From Rhodospirillaceae bacterium (GTDB lineage: Bacteria > Pseudomonadota > Alphaproteobacteria > JAEUKQ01), in contig JADKIX010000003.1 in NCBI GenBank assembly GCA_016722635.1, positions 411,543-475,542 of the forward strand: DNA of 64,000 bases, given 5' to 3'. Position 1 is the stretch's first letter. The number at the start of each line of letters is the position of its first letter. A program made the position numbers and the translations under genes. Below are positions 17,256 through 27,182 of the stretch, piece by piece. Under the pieces are notes generated by a model that was given only the letters and a program-made list of their open reading frames with translations, had not been told where the DNA came from and made no database searches.

Positions 17256-19517
17256 ATGAATGACCCTGCTCTTTTCTGGTTTATGGTTGGTGCCTTAGTA
17301 TTATCATGCCTTTGCTTGCTGGTTTTAGCAATTAGCCATTTTCGTTTGAAAAAATCCCAAAGAAAAAATCAATCTTTTTTGGAAGGCTTAGCCGGTCAGG
17401 GGAAAGTTTATGCTTTTTATAAAGATTCAGGCGGCACACCAAGCGCCAGCTTTTGGACAGCTATCATAACAACCCCTACCCTCGATCACATTTTATCAGA
17501 GGAAGACCATCAAGCGCTCAATCAGGAGATCCAGGGACGCTTGGCATCTGCACCGATCGGATTTTGGTATACAAGCTCCGCTGGTAAAATAATGTTTTGC
17601 TGCGTTTATCAACAAGAAAATCGCCTTTACTTATTGCTTATTGATCATTTGGTGCTCTCGGATTTTTATCAAACCCTTTTACAGCGGGAATACATACTGA
17701 ATGATCTTCCTTTTCCGGTTTGGGGTAGAAAGAAAAATTTACAGTTATTCTATTGCAATCAAGCCTACGCCAATATTTTAGGTAAAGACCAAATCTCCAT
17801 TATATTGGATCATAGCGAGCTGCTGGCGCCGGGGCAGGGTATTAATCTGCAGAAATTGGCAGGACGTTCGCTAGATTTAAACCTGACCCAGTCAGAAAGC
17901 CACCATGTTATCATCGGTGGCAAACGGCATTTATTGGATTTTCAAGAAACCCCCGTTTCTGAGGAAGGGTTAAAGAAAGATTTTGCAACGATAGGGATTG
18001 CTTTGGATGTTACCGGTTTGGAGGATTTACAAAACCGCTTATCGCAGCAAATTTCCGCCCATGCAGAGATACTAGAGACGATTGACACCGGCATTGCCAT
18101 CTACAGCCCCGAAAGCCGTCTGCGCTTTTTCAACCAGGCTTACTGTAAAATTTTAGGATTGTCTGAAAATTTCTTGGGCAAAAATCCCAGCATGGCAGAT
18201 GTTTTGGAGCAGTTAAGAAACCATCGCCGCATTCCCGAACAAGTTGATTTTGTGCAATATAAGAAAGATTTAGTTAGGCTTTATATGTCTGTTACCGAAT
18301 CTTTTCAAGAATTGTGGCATTTAAGTGATGGGTCAACGCTGCGTCTGGGGGTTTCTCCCCATCCTTTTGGCGGGGTATTAATGCGGGTTGATGACGTCAC
18401 GGATCGGCTTAGTTTGGAGCGGTCTTATAATACATTAATTGACGTTCAACGGGCAACGATTGACCACCTCCATGAAGCCGTGGCTGTTTTTGGCAGCGAT
18501 GGACGCTTAAAACTTGCCAACGCCGCCTACCGCAAATATTGGCAGCCGGAAAATACCTCCGTTAATCAGACCCCCCATATCACCGAAATTGTCCCCAAGA
18601 TCGAAGCCATCTTATTACCCCAACCAGGCAAGTCATCAGCCATACAAGCGACGGAAGTTATTGGGTTAATTACCAATGGTCAATCAAGGCAGGGTAAAGT
18701 TGAATTGAAAGACGGCCGTGTTTTCCAATTTAGTGTGGAACCTTTACCAGACGGCAGCAGCTTATTTAGTTATTTGGATATTAGCGATAGTTTCCGGGCA
18801 GCGGAAGCCTTACAGCAACGCAATGAAGCATTGGAGGCCGCTGATAAAATGAAAACCACCTTCCTGGCCAATATTTCTTATGAGTTCCGCACCCCCTTGA
18901 ACGCTATTGTGGGTTTTACCGAAATGCTGCAGGCGGGTTATTGGGGACAATTGCCCAAAGCGCAGCAACCCATCATGGGCAATATCATTGAAGCATCCGC
19001 CCAATTAACCCAATTGATCGATGATGTTTTAGATGTCACTGCCATTGAAGCAGGCTATTTGGAACTCGCGAGGCATCCGGTTAACTTACGTGAATTATTA
19101 CAGCAAATGGTCGATTCACTGAGTCCACAGGCCAAACAACAGCAGATTGTCATCCATTTTTATCCCGCTATAAACCAGGCTTGGATTTATGGGGATGAAA
19201 AACGTTTAAAGCAGGCGTTAATGACCATTATCAGCAATGCCGTCAGTCGCTCTTCAGTGGGCAAAGCCGTCAATATCACTTTAAAATTTGAGCAAGGTTT
19301 GTTTATTTTAACGGTCAAAGATCAAGGTAAATTTTTGTCTCCCTTAGAGCAAAAAGCAACTTTTGAGAAATTTGCAGATAACCATGCCCGTAAAAAATCC
19401 GGGGCGAATTACCTGAGCATGGCCCTCAGCAAGCAATTAATTGTGATGCATCAAGGCAGTATCTCGCTTGAATCAAATACAGCAGAAACCACCATCACCT
19501 GCACTTTTCCCGCATAA
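17256..19517 (+). CDS. PAS-domain sensor histidine kinase (membrane-anchored)
   Basis: N-terminal TM segment, multiple PAS-like regions, HisKA H-box SYEFRTPLNAIVGFTEML. The C-terminal HATPase region looks divergent in its G1/G2 boxes. Confidence 0.75.
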   Translation: MNDPALFWFMVGALVLSCLCLLVLAISHFRLKKSQRKNQSFLEGLAGQGKVYAFYKDSGGTPSASFWTAIITTPTLDHILSEEDHQALNQEIQGRLASAPIGFWYTSSAGKIMFCCVYQQENRLYLLLIDHLVLSDFYQTLLQREYILNDLPFPVWGRKKNLQLFYCNQAYANILGKDQISIILDHSELLAPGQGINLQKLAGRSLDLNLTQSESHHVIIGGKRHLLDFQETPVSEEGLKKDFATIGIALDVTGLEDLQNRLSQQISAHAEILETIDTGIAIYSPESRLRFFNQAYCKILGLSENFLGKNPSMADVLEQLRNHRRIPEQVDFVQYKKDLVRLYMSVTESFQELWHLSDGSTLRLGVSPHPFGGVLMRVDDVTDRLSLERSYNTLIDVQRATIDHLHEAVAVFGSDGRLKLANAAYRKYWQPENTSVNQTPHITEIVPKIEAILLPQPGKSSAIQATEVIGLITNGQSRQGKVELKDGRVFQFSVEPLPDGSSLFSYLDISDSFRAAEALQQRNEALEAADKMKTTFLANISYEFRTPLNAIVGFTEMLQAGYWGQLPKAQQPIMGNIIEASAQLTQLIDDVLDVTAIEAGYLELARHPVNLRELLQQMVDSLSPQAKQQQIVIHFYPAINQAWIYGDEKRLKQALMTIISNAVSRSSVGKAVNITLKFEQGLFILTVKDQGKFLSPLEQKATFEKFADNHARKKSGANYLSMALSKQLIVMHQGSISLESNTAETTITCTFPA

Positions 19518-19531
19518 ATGCCCGAAAAATA

Positions 19532-19747
19532 GGGGATTATATACTTGACAGACCCACATACTAAATGTGGTGTGTTTATTTTTTTCCAAGCCCCCAACAT
19601 ACTTTTCGTTGGCTTCTACAATTGTATCCTTACCCCCCATCGGTTCAATGTGTAATTCACGCATTGCTTCACGCTCATTATGGCATTCCCTTAGTTATTA
19701 AGAAAACACTAAGTCATTCGCTTGGGTCTATTAAGTATATAATCCCC
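19532..19747. mobile_element. MITE-like element, 216 bp, bounded by perfect 15-bp terminal inverted repeats GGGGATTATATACTT / AAGTATATAATCCCC
   Basis: The inverted repeat was read directly at 19532-19546 and 19733-19747. The element sits in the convergent intergenic gap between the kinase and argC. An internal hairpin plus T-run (19553-19585) is positioned to terminate the kinase gene. Confidence 0.55.
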
Positions 19748-19767
19748 CAAACTATATTTTCCGAAGC

Positions 19768-20706
19768 TTATTTCATACGGCCATTGAGCATGATATTCAA
19801 GTTCTGCACTGCGGCTCCCGATGCGCCCTTGCCCAGATTATCGTAGACTGCCGTCAGCAAAACATGTCCCGAATTTTCTTTCGAGAACACGTAGACGTCG
19901 AGCTTATTGCTCCCATTCAAATATTCAGGATCCAGCTGAGACACGGCACGCGCCTGTTCCAAGGACAGAACATTGATATATTCGGTATCGGCATAATGCT
20001 CACTCAGACTAGAGTGAATCTGTTCAACCGATATGCCTGGTGCCAGCAAGCGCAGGTGAAGCGGCACATACAATACAATCCCTTGTCGGTATTTACCATA
20101 ACTCGGTGTAAAGATAGGGCGATACTTCAGCAACGCCTCAGTCTGCATTTCTGGAACATGCTTATGTTCCAGGTTTAGCCCGTAACCGCGAAACGGCGCA
20201 TTCGTATGCTGCGGATGCTGCGGATCCTCATAAGCGTCAATTAAAGAACGACCGGCGCCCGAATATCCGGAAATTGCATGTACGTTCACCGGATAATCGA
20301 GCGGTACTATTTTCGCTTCAGTCAACGGACGCAATAATGCAATAGCACCAGTAGGGTAGCAGCCCGGGTTAGATACACGCGGCGCCATTGCAATCCGCTG
20401 GCTCTGGCCAATGGTCAACTCAGGAAAACCATAGACCCAAGCCGGTGTGGTGCGATGGGCTGAACTGGCGTCCAGCACCCGAACTCGCGGATTTTTCACG
20501 AATGACACTGCTTGACGGGCCGCGTCGTCAGGCAGACACAAGATGGCGATATCACAAGAATTTATCGCCTCCGTGCGCCTTAATGGATCTTTTCGGTCAG
20601 CTTGGGGAAGTTGCAGCAACTCGATATCGCTGCGATTGCTCAGCTGGGAATGGATTTGCAGACCAGTGGTACCGGCTTCGCCGTCGATGAAAATAAGTGG
20701 TTTCAT
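19768..20706 (-). CDS. argC: N-acetyl-gamma-glutamyl-phosphate reductase (short, type-2 form)
   Basis: 312 aa. The N-terminus MKPLIFIDGEAGTTGLQI and the active-site Cys region are typical of the alphaproteobacterial ArgC. Confidence 0.85.
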   Translation of the reverse strand: MKPLIFIDGEAGTTGLQIHSQLSNRSDIELLQLPQADRKDPLRRTEAINSCDIAILCLPDDAARQAVSFVKNPRVRVLDASSAHRTTPAWVYGFPELTIGQSQRIAMAPRVSNPGCYPTGAIALLRPLTEAKIVPLDYPVNVHAISGYSGAGRSLIDAYEDPQHPQHTNAPFRGYGLNLEHKHVPEMQTEALLKYRPIFTPSYGKYRQGIVLYVPLHLRLLAPGISVEQIHSSLSEHYADTEYINVLSLEQARAVSQLDPEYLNGSNKLDVYVFSKENSGHVLLTAVYDNLGKGASGAAVQNLNIMLNGRMK

Positions 20707-20786
20707 GTTTTATAAAAAATAAATATCCCGTTCAATCCGTGGCCCCTTGTTTTCTAGAGAAAGAAGAAAAAATTTACCTTTAAGAC

Positions 20787-21824
20787 TTAAGAAAGCGGGT
20801 TAACCCCTGAAGTCGTTGAATATTCAAAATGCACCACCTCATCCGGGCGTAAATAGGCCCGGATGGCGTGGGCCGCGCTTGCGGCTTCGCTAAACCCGGT
20901 TAATATCAACTTCAATTTACCGGGATAGGCCGCAATATCGCCAACCGCATAAATACCAAGTTGGTTGGTTGCACAATGTTCAGGATTGATTTTGATATGG
21001 TGGTGATCAAGTGATAACCCCCAATCGGCAATCGGCCCTAATTGATTGGATAGGCCAAAGAAAGCCAGCAAGGCATCGGCCTTCAAGCTTTTCTGATGGC
21101 CATCCAAATCTTGCAACACCATTTCTGTCAAGAAACCATTCTGACCCTTTAATTCATGTAACTGATAGGGCACCACCACCTCTATTTTGCCCTTTTTAAC
21201 AAGATCTTCCAGTTTTTCTAAACTGGCTGGGGCCGCCCGGAATTTCTGGCGGCGATGGATCAAGTAGGTTTTGGCGGTTAAGGGGCTCAGGTTAATCGCC
21301 CAATCCAGGGCAGAATCACCCCCACCCGCAATCACAATGGTTTTACCTGCAAACTGGCTGGGTTGGCGCACATGGTAAAAAACGCTTTTCCCCTCATATT
21401 CCTCAATATTAGCCAAAGGCGGGCGGTTGGGGCCAAATGCCCCTACCCCTGCCGCCACAATCACGGCCGATGCGTTGATAACCAAATTCTTATTGGTTTT
21501 TGCCTGCCATCTGCCTTCATAAAAATGCAATTGTTGGATTTGGTGCCCCAAATGGAAAACCGGATGAAAAGGGGCAATTTGCGCCTGCAATTTTTGGATT
21601 AAATCAGCCCCGGTAATCAGCGGGTAGGCTGGTATATCATAAATAGGTTTTTCAGGATATAAGGCATTGCATTGCCCGCCGATCATTTCAAGCGAATCAA
21701 CCACCTGGCAACGCAGCTTTTGCATGCCGCAAGCAAAAACACTGAATAATCCAACAGGGCCTGCCCCCACAATTAAAACGTCAGTCGTATGATGTTGCAT
21801 GATACCCGCATTTCCCTTTGTCAT
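20787..21824 (-). CDS. Ferredoxin-NADP reductase, thioredoxin-reductase-like (YumC type)
   Basis: Two dinucleotide-binding motifs (VLIVGAGPVG, IAGGGDSA). 345 aa. Confidence 0.75.
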   Translation of the reverse strand: MTKGNAGIMQHHTTDVLIVGAGPVGLFSVFACGMQKLRCQVVDSLEMIGGQCNALYPEKPIYDIPAYPLITGADLIQKLQAQIAPFHPVFHLGHQIQQLHFYEGRWQAKTNKNLVINASAVIVAAGVGAFGPNRPPLANIEEYEGKSVFYHVRQPSQFAGKTIVIAGGGDSALDWAINLSPLTAKTYLIHRRQKFRAAPASLEKLEDLVKKGKIEVVVPYQLHELKGQNGFLTEMVLQDLDGHQKSLKADALLAFFGLSNQLGPIADWGLSLDHHHIKINPEHCATNQLGIYAVGDIAAYPGKLKLILTGFSEAASAAHAIRAYLRPDEVVHFEYSTTSGVNPLS

Positions 21825-21928
21825 TGATAGAAATTGTTTGGTATATTATCCACTGAATTGATGTATAATGTCATCCTATTCTTATTAATTATAGATTAAG
21901 TTAACTCACGGTCGTTTTTTTTAGAAAT

Positions 21929-22426
21929 ATGTATCCCGAATTTCCTTCTTTGCCGATCCTTAGAAAGTTATCCAGCCAAAAACTGGCCGATATCAAAATT
22001 TTTGCCCGTCAATTGGCAATTCTTTGTAACCCAGGGGATATTATCGCTTTATGGGGAAATTTAGGGGCCGGTAAAACGACTTTCGCCCGCTATTTTATCC
22101 AAGCCTTATACCCCCAAATCGGGGAAATCCCCAGCCCCACTTTCCCCTTGGTTCAAGTGTATTCGGGTGGGACGGAAACTATTTGGCATTTTGATCTTTA
22201 TAGGCTTCAACAACCGGAAGAAGTATTAGAGTTATCCATTGAAGAAGCATGGGCAACTGGCATTAGTTTAGTAGAATGGCCGCAACGTTTGAAGCATTTT
22301 TTGCCAAAAGAACGACTGGATATCATGATTGAATTTGCTGAAACAGCGGAAAAGCGGCATATTAGCGTATATGGATCTACCAATTGGCAAGAAAGACTAA
22401 CTTTAGCAGGATTATTCGATGTCTAA
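21929..22426 (+). CDS. tsaE: tRNA threonylcarbamoyladenosine biosynthesis protein TsaE
   Basis: P-loop GNLGAGKTTFARYF. 165 aa. Conserved position upstream of amgK-murU-addBA. Confidence 0.8.
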   Translation: MYPEFPSLPILRKLSSQKLADIKIFARQLAILCNPGDIIALWGNLGAGKTTFARYFIQALYPQIGEIPSPTFPLVQVYSGGTETIWHFDLYRLQQPEEVLELSIEEAWATGISLVEWPQRLKHFLPKERLDIMIEFAETAEKRHISVYGSTNWQERLTLAGLFDV

Positions 22427-23436
22427 TCTCAAGGAACGAGAAATAAGCCTTCAGCATTTTCTTCGGGAACATGGTTGGCAACAGGCGCAAAGGATCAAAA
22501 TTTCTGGGGATGCGTCTTTCCGGCAATATGAACGGTTACACCTTGCGAATCGGCAGTCCGCCATGTTAATGGATGCCCCGCCACCCAAGGAAAGGATTGA
22601 TCATTTTCTAAAAATTGCCCAAATACTTCATAAAATGGAGATATCTGTCCCAGAGATCTTGGCCGTTGATCTGCAACAAGGCTTTATCATCATGGAAGAT
22701 TTGGGAGATAATACCTACACCCGCTTACTGCAAACAGGCTATGAAGAAAAAAATTATATCAACTTGCCTGCGATCTTTTGATCCATATCCGTCATCATTC
22801 TGATCCCCCATCCTAGCGCAGTTATCACCTTTTGATTTAAATAAAGTGTTGCGCGAGGTTCAAGTTTTTACGGAATGGTATTGGCCAATGATTCATAAAA
22901 CCCCTATTCCTGCAGCCACTCTGCAAGAATATGTTGAAATTTGGCAACATATTTTCCAAACAACCGCATCCCCGCATCAAGTATTGACCCATTTTGATTT
23001 TCATGTGGATAATTTGATGGTTCTGCCCCATAAACCCGGCATAAAAGCCTGTGGCTTGCTTGATTTCCAAGATGCCGTCCAAGGGCCTGCCATGTTTGAT
23101 TTGATGTCTTTAATTGATGATGCCAGGCGGGATGTGGGCCAGGCTTTAGGCACGCAGCTTATTCACAGATATCAATCAGCCTTCCCCCAAGACCACCGGG
23201 AAGAATTTGATGCCAGTTATGCGCTTTTTGCGGCCCAGCGGCATACGCGCATTCTGGGCACCTTCGTCAGGCTTTTCAAACGGGATACCAAACCCGGTTA
23301 CCTGCAATTTATCCCAAGGGTCTGGAAACAGTTGGAATCAGCCTTGGATTATCCCTCCTTACTACCTTTAAAAAATTGGTTTGCAGGCCATTTTCCTGCA
23401 AAAATAAGACATAACCCCTTAAGCTTGAAAGCCTAG
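22419..23436 (+). pseudogene. amgK: AmgK-like aminoglycoside-phosphotransferase-fold kinase (anomeric MurNAc/GlcNAc kinase family), apparently disrupted
   Basis: Two APH-family ORF fragments (22419-22781 in frame 0, 22846-23436 in frame 1). The linking segment carries a -1 frame change near 22776 plus a TGA at 22801. Confidence 0.5.
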
Positions 23437-23444
23437 CATATATT

Positions 23445-24179
23445 ATGATGACCCAGTCACCTGTCATACGTACCGCCATGATTTTAGCCGCAGGCTACGC
23501 CACCCGGTTACGGCCCATATCAACCCATATGCCCAAAGCCATGGTTCCCATTTTGGGAAAACCCATTCTCGGCTATATCCTTGACCGCTTAAAAGAAGTC
23601 AATCTTGAAGAAGTGGTCATTAACAGCCATCATTTGGCAGACCATTTACACCAATATCTTGCCCGTCAAACCGGTATTAAAATCACCCTAAGCGAAGAAA
23701 AAGAAATTTTGGAAACAGGCGGCGGGGTCAAACAAGCATTGCCTTTGCTGGACAACCAGCCTTTTTATGTCATTAATGGCAAAATTATTTGGTTTAATGC
23801 CAGCCATAACGCCTTGCGGCATCTTGCCGGGCAGTGGGATGATACCAAAATGGATGTTTTGCTTTTATTGCAACCGGTAATCAAGGCGGTTGGGTATCAC
23901 GCGGCCGGGGATTTCCATTTATTTGCAGATGGCACCGTAAAGCGCCGGGAGGATGGGGAGGTAGCCCCTTTCGTTTTCAGCGGCATCCAAATTATCCACC
24001 CAAGATTATTTGACACAAGCCCTACAGGGAAATTCTCCTTGAATGTCTTATATGATCAAGCGATTGCCAACCAACGTTTATATGCCGTCCGGCATGACGG
24101 TGAATGGTTGCATGTCAGTACGCCGCAAGATATCAAGGAAGTTGAAAATTACCTAAAAACCAAGCATCGGAACGGTTAA
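23445..24179 (+). CDS. murU: MurU-like sugar-1-phosphate nucleotidyltransferase
   Basis: N-terminal AMILAAGYATRLRP nucleotidyltransferase motif. 244 aa. Adjacent to amgK. Confidence 0.75.
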   Translation: MMTQSPVIRTAMILAAGYATRLRPISTHMPKAMVPILGKPILGYILDRLKEVNLEEVVINSHHLADHLHQYLARQTGIKITLSEEKEILETGGGVKQALPLLDNQPFYVINGKIIWFNASHNALRHLAGQWDDTKMDVLLLLQPVIKAVGYHAAGDFHLFADGTVKRREDGEVAPFVFSGIQIIHPRLFDTSPTGKFSLNVLYDQAIANQRLYAVRHDGEWLHVSTPQDIKEVENYLKTKHRNG

Positions 24180-24200
24180 AAAATTGAACCCATTGACGGC

Positions 24201-27170
24201 ATGACCTTATATTATACCCCACCCGGTTATTCCTCGATCCAATTACTGGCGGATTATATTACCGATGAGACGAAGAATGACCCCTTGTCGATGGCCAAGG
24301 CGATTATTTTTCTGCCTAACCGGCGTTCTTGCCGCTTTTTACAAGCAGCGCTTTTGGAAAAAACCCCTAGCGCTGCCGCGATCCTTTTGCCAAGAATTTT
24401 GCCCATCTCTGATGTGAAAATTGATACGCCCATTCCCGGATTATTGCCAAATTTCTTAGCCACAAACCCCTGGAAACCCGCCTTATCTAAGACACGCCGT
24501 GAATTTTTATTGGCGCGCTTAATCCGGCAAGGGGGATTTACGGCAGTCGGCAGCCATAATGTGCGACATTCTTTACGTTTGGCCCGTTCTTTAGTGGGAT
24601 TCTTGGAAGAAACCATCAACTTTCGGACCGATCTCAGCGAACTTGAAAATATTGTTGATAGCGATTATGCAGAACATTGGCAGAAAACCTTAGTTTTCTT
24701 AAATATTATCCGGCAAGCTTGGCCCCAAATTCTGGCCGATGAAGGGGCCATAAACCCCGAAGAATTGCATCAACAAGCGTTGGAAAGCCTTTGCCACCTA
24801 TGGCGTACCGTGCCGCCAGCGGATCCGGTAATCGCGGTGGGCATCACCCACACAGATCCCCTGATCCTGCAACTATTATCCGTGATTGCCCGTTTACCCA
24901 AGGGGGTGATTTTATTTCCTGCGATTGATCTTTTGGCCAGCCCTGGTTTACAGCAAGAAATCCGCCAAGACCCTACCCATCCCCAATATAAAATCCTTAA
25001 AATAATGACTTATTTGAAGCAGGATATAGCTTTAGTGCAGCCCTGGCCATCCGCCCCCCCTATACCGCATGCAGAAGGCCGTCATCAATTGCTGCATTTG
25101 GCCATGCGTTCATCTGCCTTGATTGGGGATTGGTATCATGAAACCAATCATATTCCAGCCACATCTTTGGAAAACATCCAATTAGTTGAATGCCCAGGGC
25201 TGCGGGAAGAAAGCCAGGTGGTTGCCTTAATCTTGCGTGCGGCCTTGGAAAACCCGGATCACCGCCGGATTGCCCTCATCACCCCTGATCGTAGGTTAGC
25301 CCTGCAAGTCGCCATTGAATTAAAGCGTTGGCATATCAATATTGACGATTCGGCTGGCCAATTCCTGCATCAAACCGTCATCGGTAAATATTTGCGGCTG
25401 ACCGCTCAAATGTTTAATCCCAATCAAAAAACTGCTTCGTTTCTAGCCGCTTTGAAACACCCTTTTAGCCATGCCGGACGCAACCGCCAGATGTTCCTGA
25501 CTATCATTCGGCAAATTGAAATAAAATTTTTGCGCCAGAATTTTCCTGCTAATCTGGCCATGCTTTTGGAAAGGTGCCGGGAGAAAAAAGAATACAGGCG
25601 TTTATTGCCGCTTTTAACACTGCTGCACCAGCAATCCGCGGCCTTTGCCGATTTATTTAAAGAGCCTTTGGTCAGTTTCAAAAAACTGGTTAAAATTCAT
25701 TGTGCATTTGCGGAATGGTTAGCTAGTACCCCCGAACAATCAGGTGCTTCTTTGCTTTGGAAAAATGAAGAAGGGGAAACAGCCGCCCAAGTGATTGCCG
25801 ATATCTTAGAGGCTGATCAAAATGACCTGCTCATTGCACCCGAACAATATGCGGATATTTTAACCGATTTCTTGAAGGAGAAAACGATCTATCCAAAAAT
25901 CGGCTTCAATCCCAGGCTGTTTTTATGGGGGGTATTGGAGGCGCAATTACAACAGGCTGATGTCGTCGTCCTGGCGGGGCTTAATGAAGAAAAATGGCCG
26001 CCAACCATCCCCTCAAACCCTTGGCTTAACAGCCGTTTTCGGCAGCAATTGGGCTTGCCGCCGTCCGAGGAAATGATTGGGGCTTCCGCTTTTGATTTTA
26101 TTCAAAATTGTTACGCCCGAAAAGTATATTTAACCCGGTCGATTAAGCTGGATGGCACCCCCACCCGCCCATCCCGCTTTATCCAACGCCTCCAGGCTTT
26201 GGCCAAAGCCAGGTTCGGCATGGATATCCCCAAAGGCGATTGGCTGAATTGGCAACAACAGCTGATTGAACCTGTCACACCCGTTAAAATCCCCAGGCCG
26301 CATCCCTGCCCTGCTTTCGAACAAAGGCCGCTTAAAATAGCAGCGACCGATATGGAAATATTGCTGCGCAACCCTTATGAATTTTATACAAAACGCATCC
26401 TACGGTTAAAACCTTTATTGGGGTTAAGAATGGATCCCCAAGCACGGACCCGTGGAATCCTTATCCATCATATCCTATATGAATTTAATCGTCTTTATCC
26501 CCAACAATTACCCAAAGCGGCAGAAAAACGTTTCTATGAGCTGGCCCAAGATTCTTTTGCCCCTTACTTAAAAAACCCCCAAATATGGGCCTTCTGGTGG
26601 TTGCCTTTTCAACCGGTGCTGGCATGGCTGTGGCAAACGGAATATGAAAATCGTCCTACCATCAAACAGGTTTTTTGTGAAAGTGAAGGGTCTATCGTCC
26701 TATCAATTGGCAACCAATCCCTTACCCTTCATGCCCGTGCTGACCGGATTGACTGGCTTAACAATGATCAATTACGGATCATCGATTATAAAACTGGCAA
26801 AATCCCTTCAAAAACCCAAATCGTCGAAGGGGAAGCCTGCCAATTGCCGATTGAATTATTAATTGCCGAAGCTGGCGCTTTCAAATCGATCCCCGCCAAA
26901 AAAGTCCAGGAATTAACCTTTTACCAATTAGGCAGCCAATTTAAAAATGATCCGATGTTGTCACTGGATCCCTATGAACTGCCAATCCGGGAAAACCTAA
27001 CGGCAAAATTACATCAAACCTTAAATTATTATTACACAGTCCCCACTTCAACTTACGAATTCCCCGTTAACCAACCTGATTCTGCCTTATTATTACCTTA
27101 TCAGCATTTGGCCAGGTTCGATAGTTGGAATTCCGGATCCCAAGGATTAGGTGCAGATAGTGATGAATAA
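24201..27170 (+). CDS. addB: Double-strand break repair protein AddB (alphaproteobacterial form)
   Basis: 989 aa with a C-terminal PD-(D/E)XK-like nuclease region. Immediately upstream of addA. Confidence 0.8.
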   Translation: MTLYYTPPGYSSIQLLADYITDETKNDPLSMAKAIIFLPNRRSCRFLQAALLEKTPSAAAILLPRILPISDVKIDTPIPGLLPNFLATNPWKPALSKTRREFLLARLIRQGGFTAVGSHNVRHSLRLARSLVGFLEETINFRTDLSELENIVDSDYAEHWQKTLVFLNIIRQAWPQILADEGAINPEELHQQALESLCHLWRTVPPADPVIAVGITHTDPLILQLLSVIARLPKGVILFPAIDLLASPGLQQEIRQDPTHPQYKILKIMTYLKQDIALVQPWPSAPPIPHAEGRHQLLHLAMRSSALIGDWYHETNHIPATSLENIQLVECPGLREESQVVALILRAALENPDHRRIALITPDRRLALQVAIELKRWHINIDDSAGQFLHQTVIGKYLRLTAQMFNPNQKTASFLAALKHPFSHAGRNRQMFLTIIRQIEIKFLRQNFPANLAMLLERCREKKEYRRLLPLLTLLHQQSAAFADLFKEPLVSFKKLVKIHCAFAEWLASTPEQSGASLLWKNEEGETAAQVIADILEADQNDLLIAPEQYADILTDFLKEKTIYPKIGFNPRLFLWGVLEAQLQQADVVVLAGLNEEKWPPTIPSNPWLNSRFRQQLGLPPSEEMIGASAFDFIQNCYARKVYLTRSIKLDGTPTRPSRFIQRLQALAKARFGMDIPKGDWLNWQQQLIEPVTPVKIPRPHPCPAFEQRPLKIAATDMEILLRNPYEFYTKRILRLKPLLGLRMDPQARTRGILIHHILYEFNRLYPQQLPKAAEKRFYELAQDSFAPYLKNPQIWAFWWLPFQPVLAWLWQTEYENRPTIKQVFCESEGSIVLSIGNQSLTLHARADRIDWLNNDQLRIIDYKTGKIPSKTQIVEGEACQLPIELLIAEAGAFKSIPAKKVQELTFYQLGSQFKNDPMLSLDPYELPIRENLTAKLHQTLNYYYTVPTSTYEFPVNQPDSALLLPYQHLARFDSWNSGSQGLGADSDE

Positions 27171-27182
27171 TAGGAACCATCC

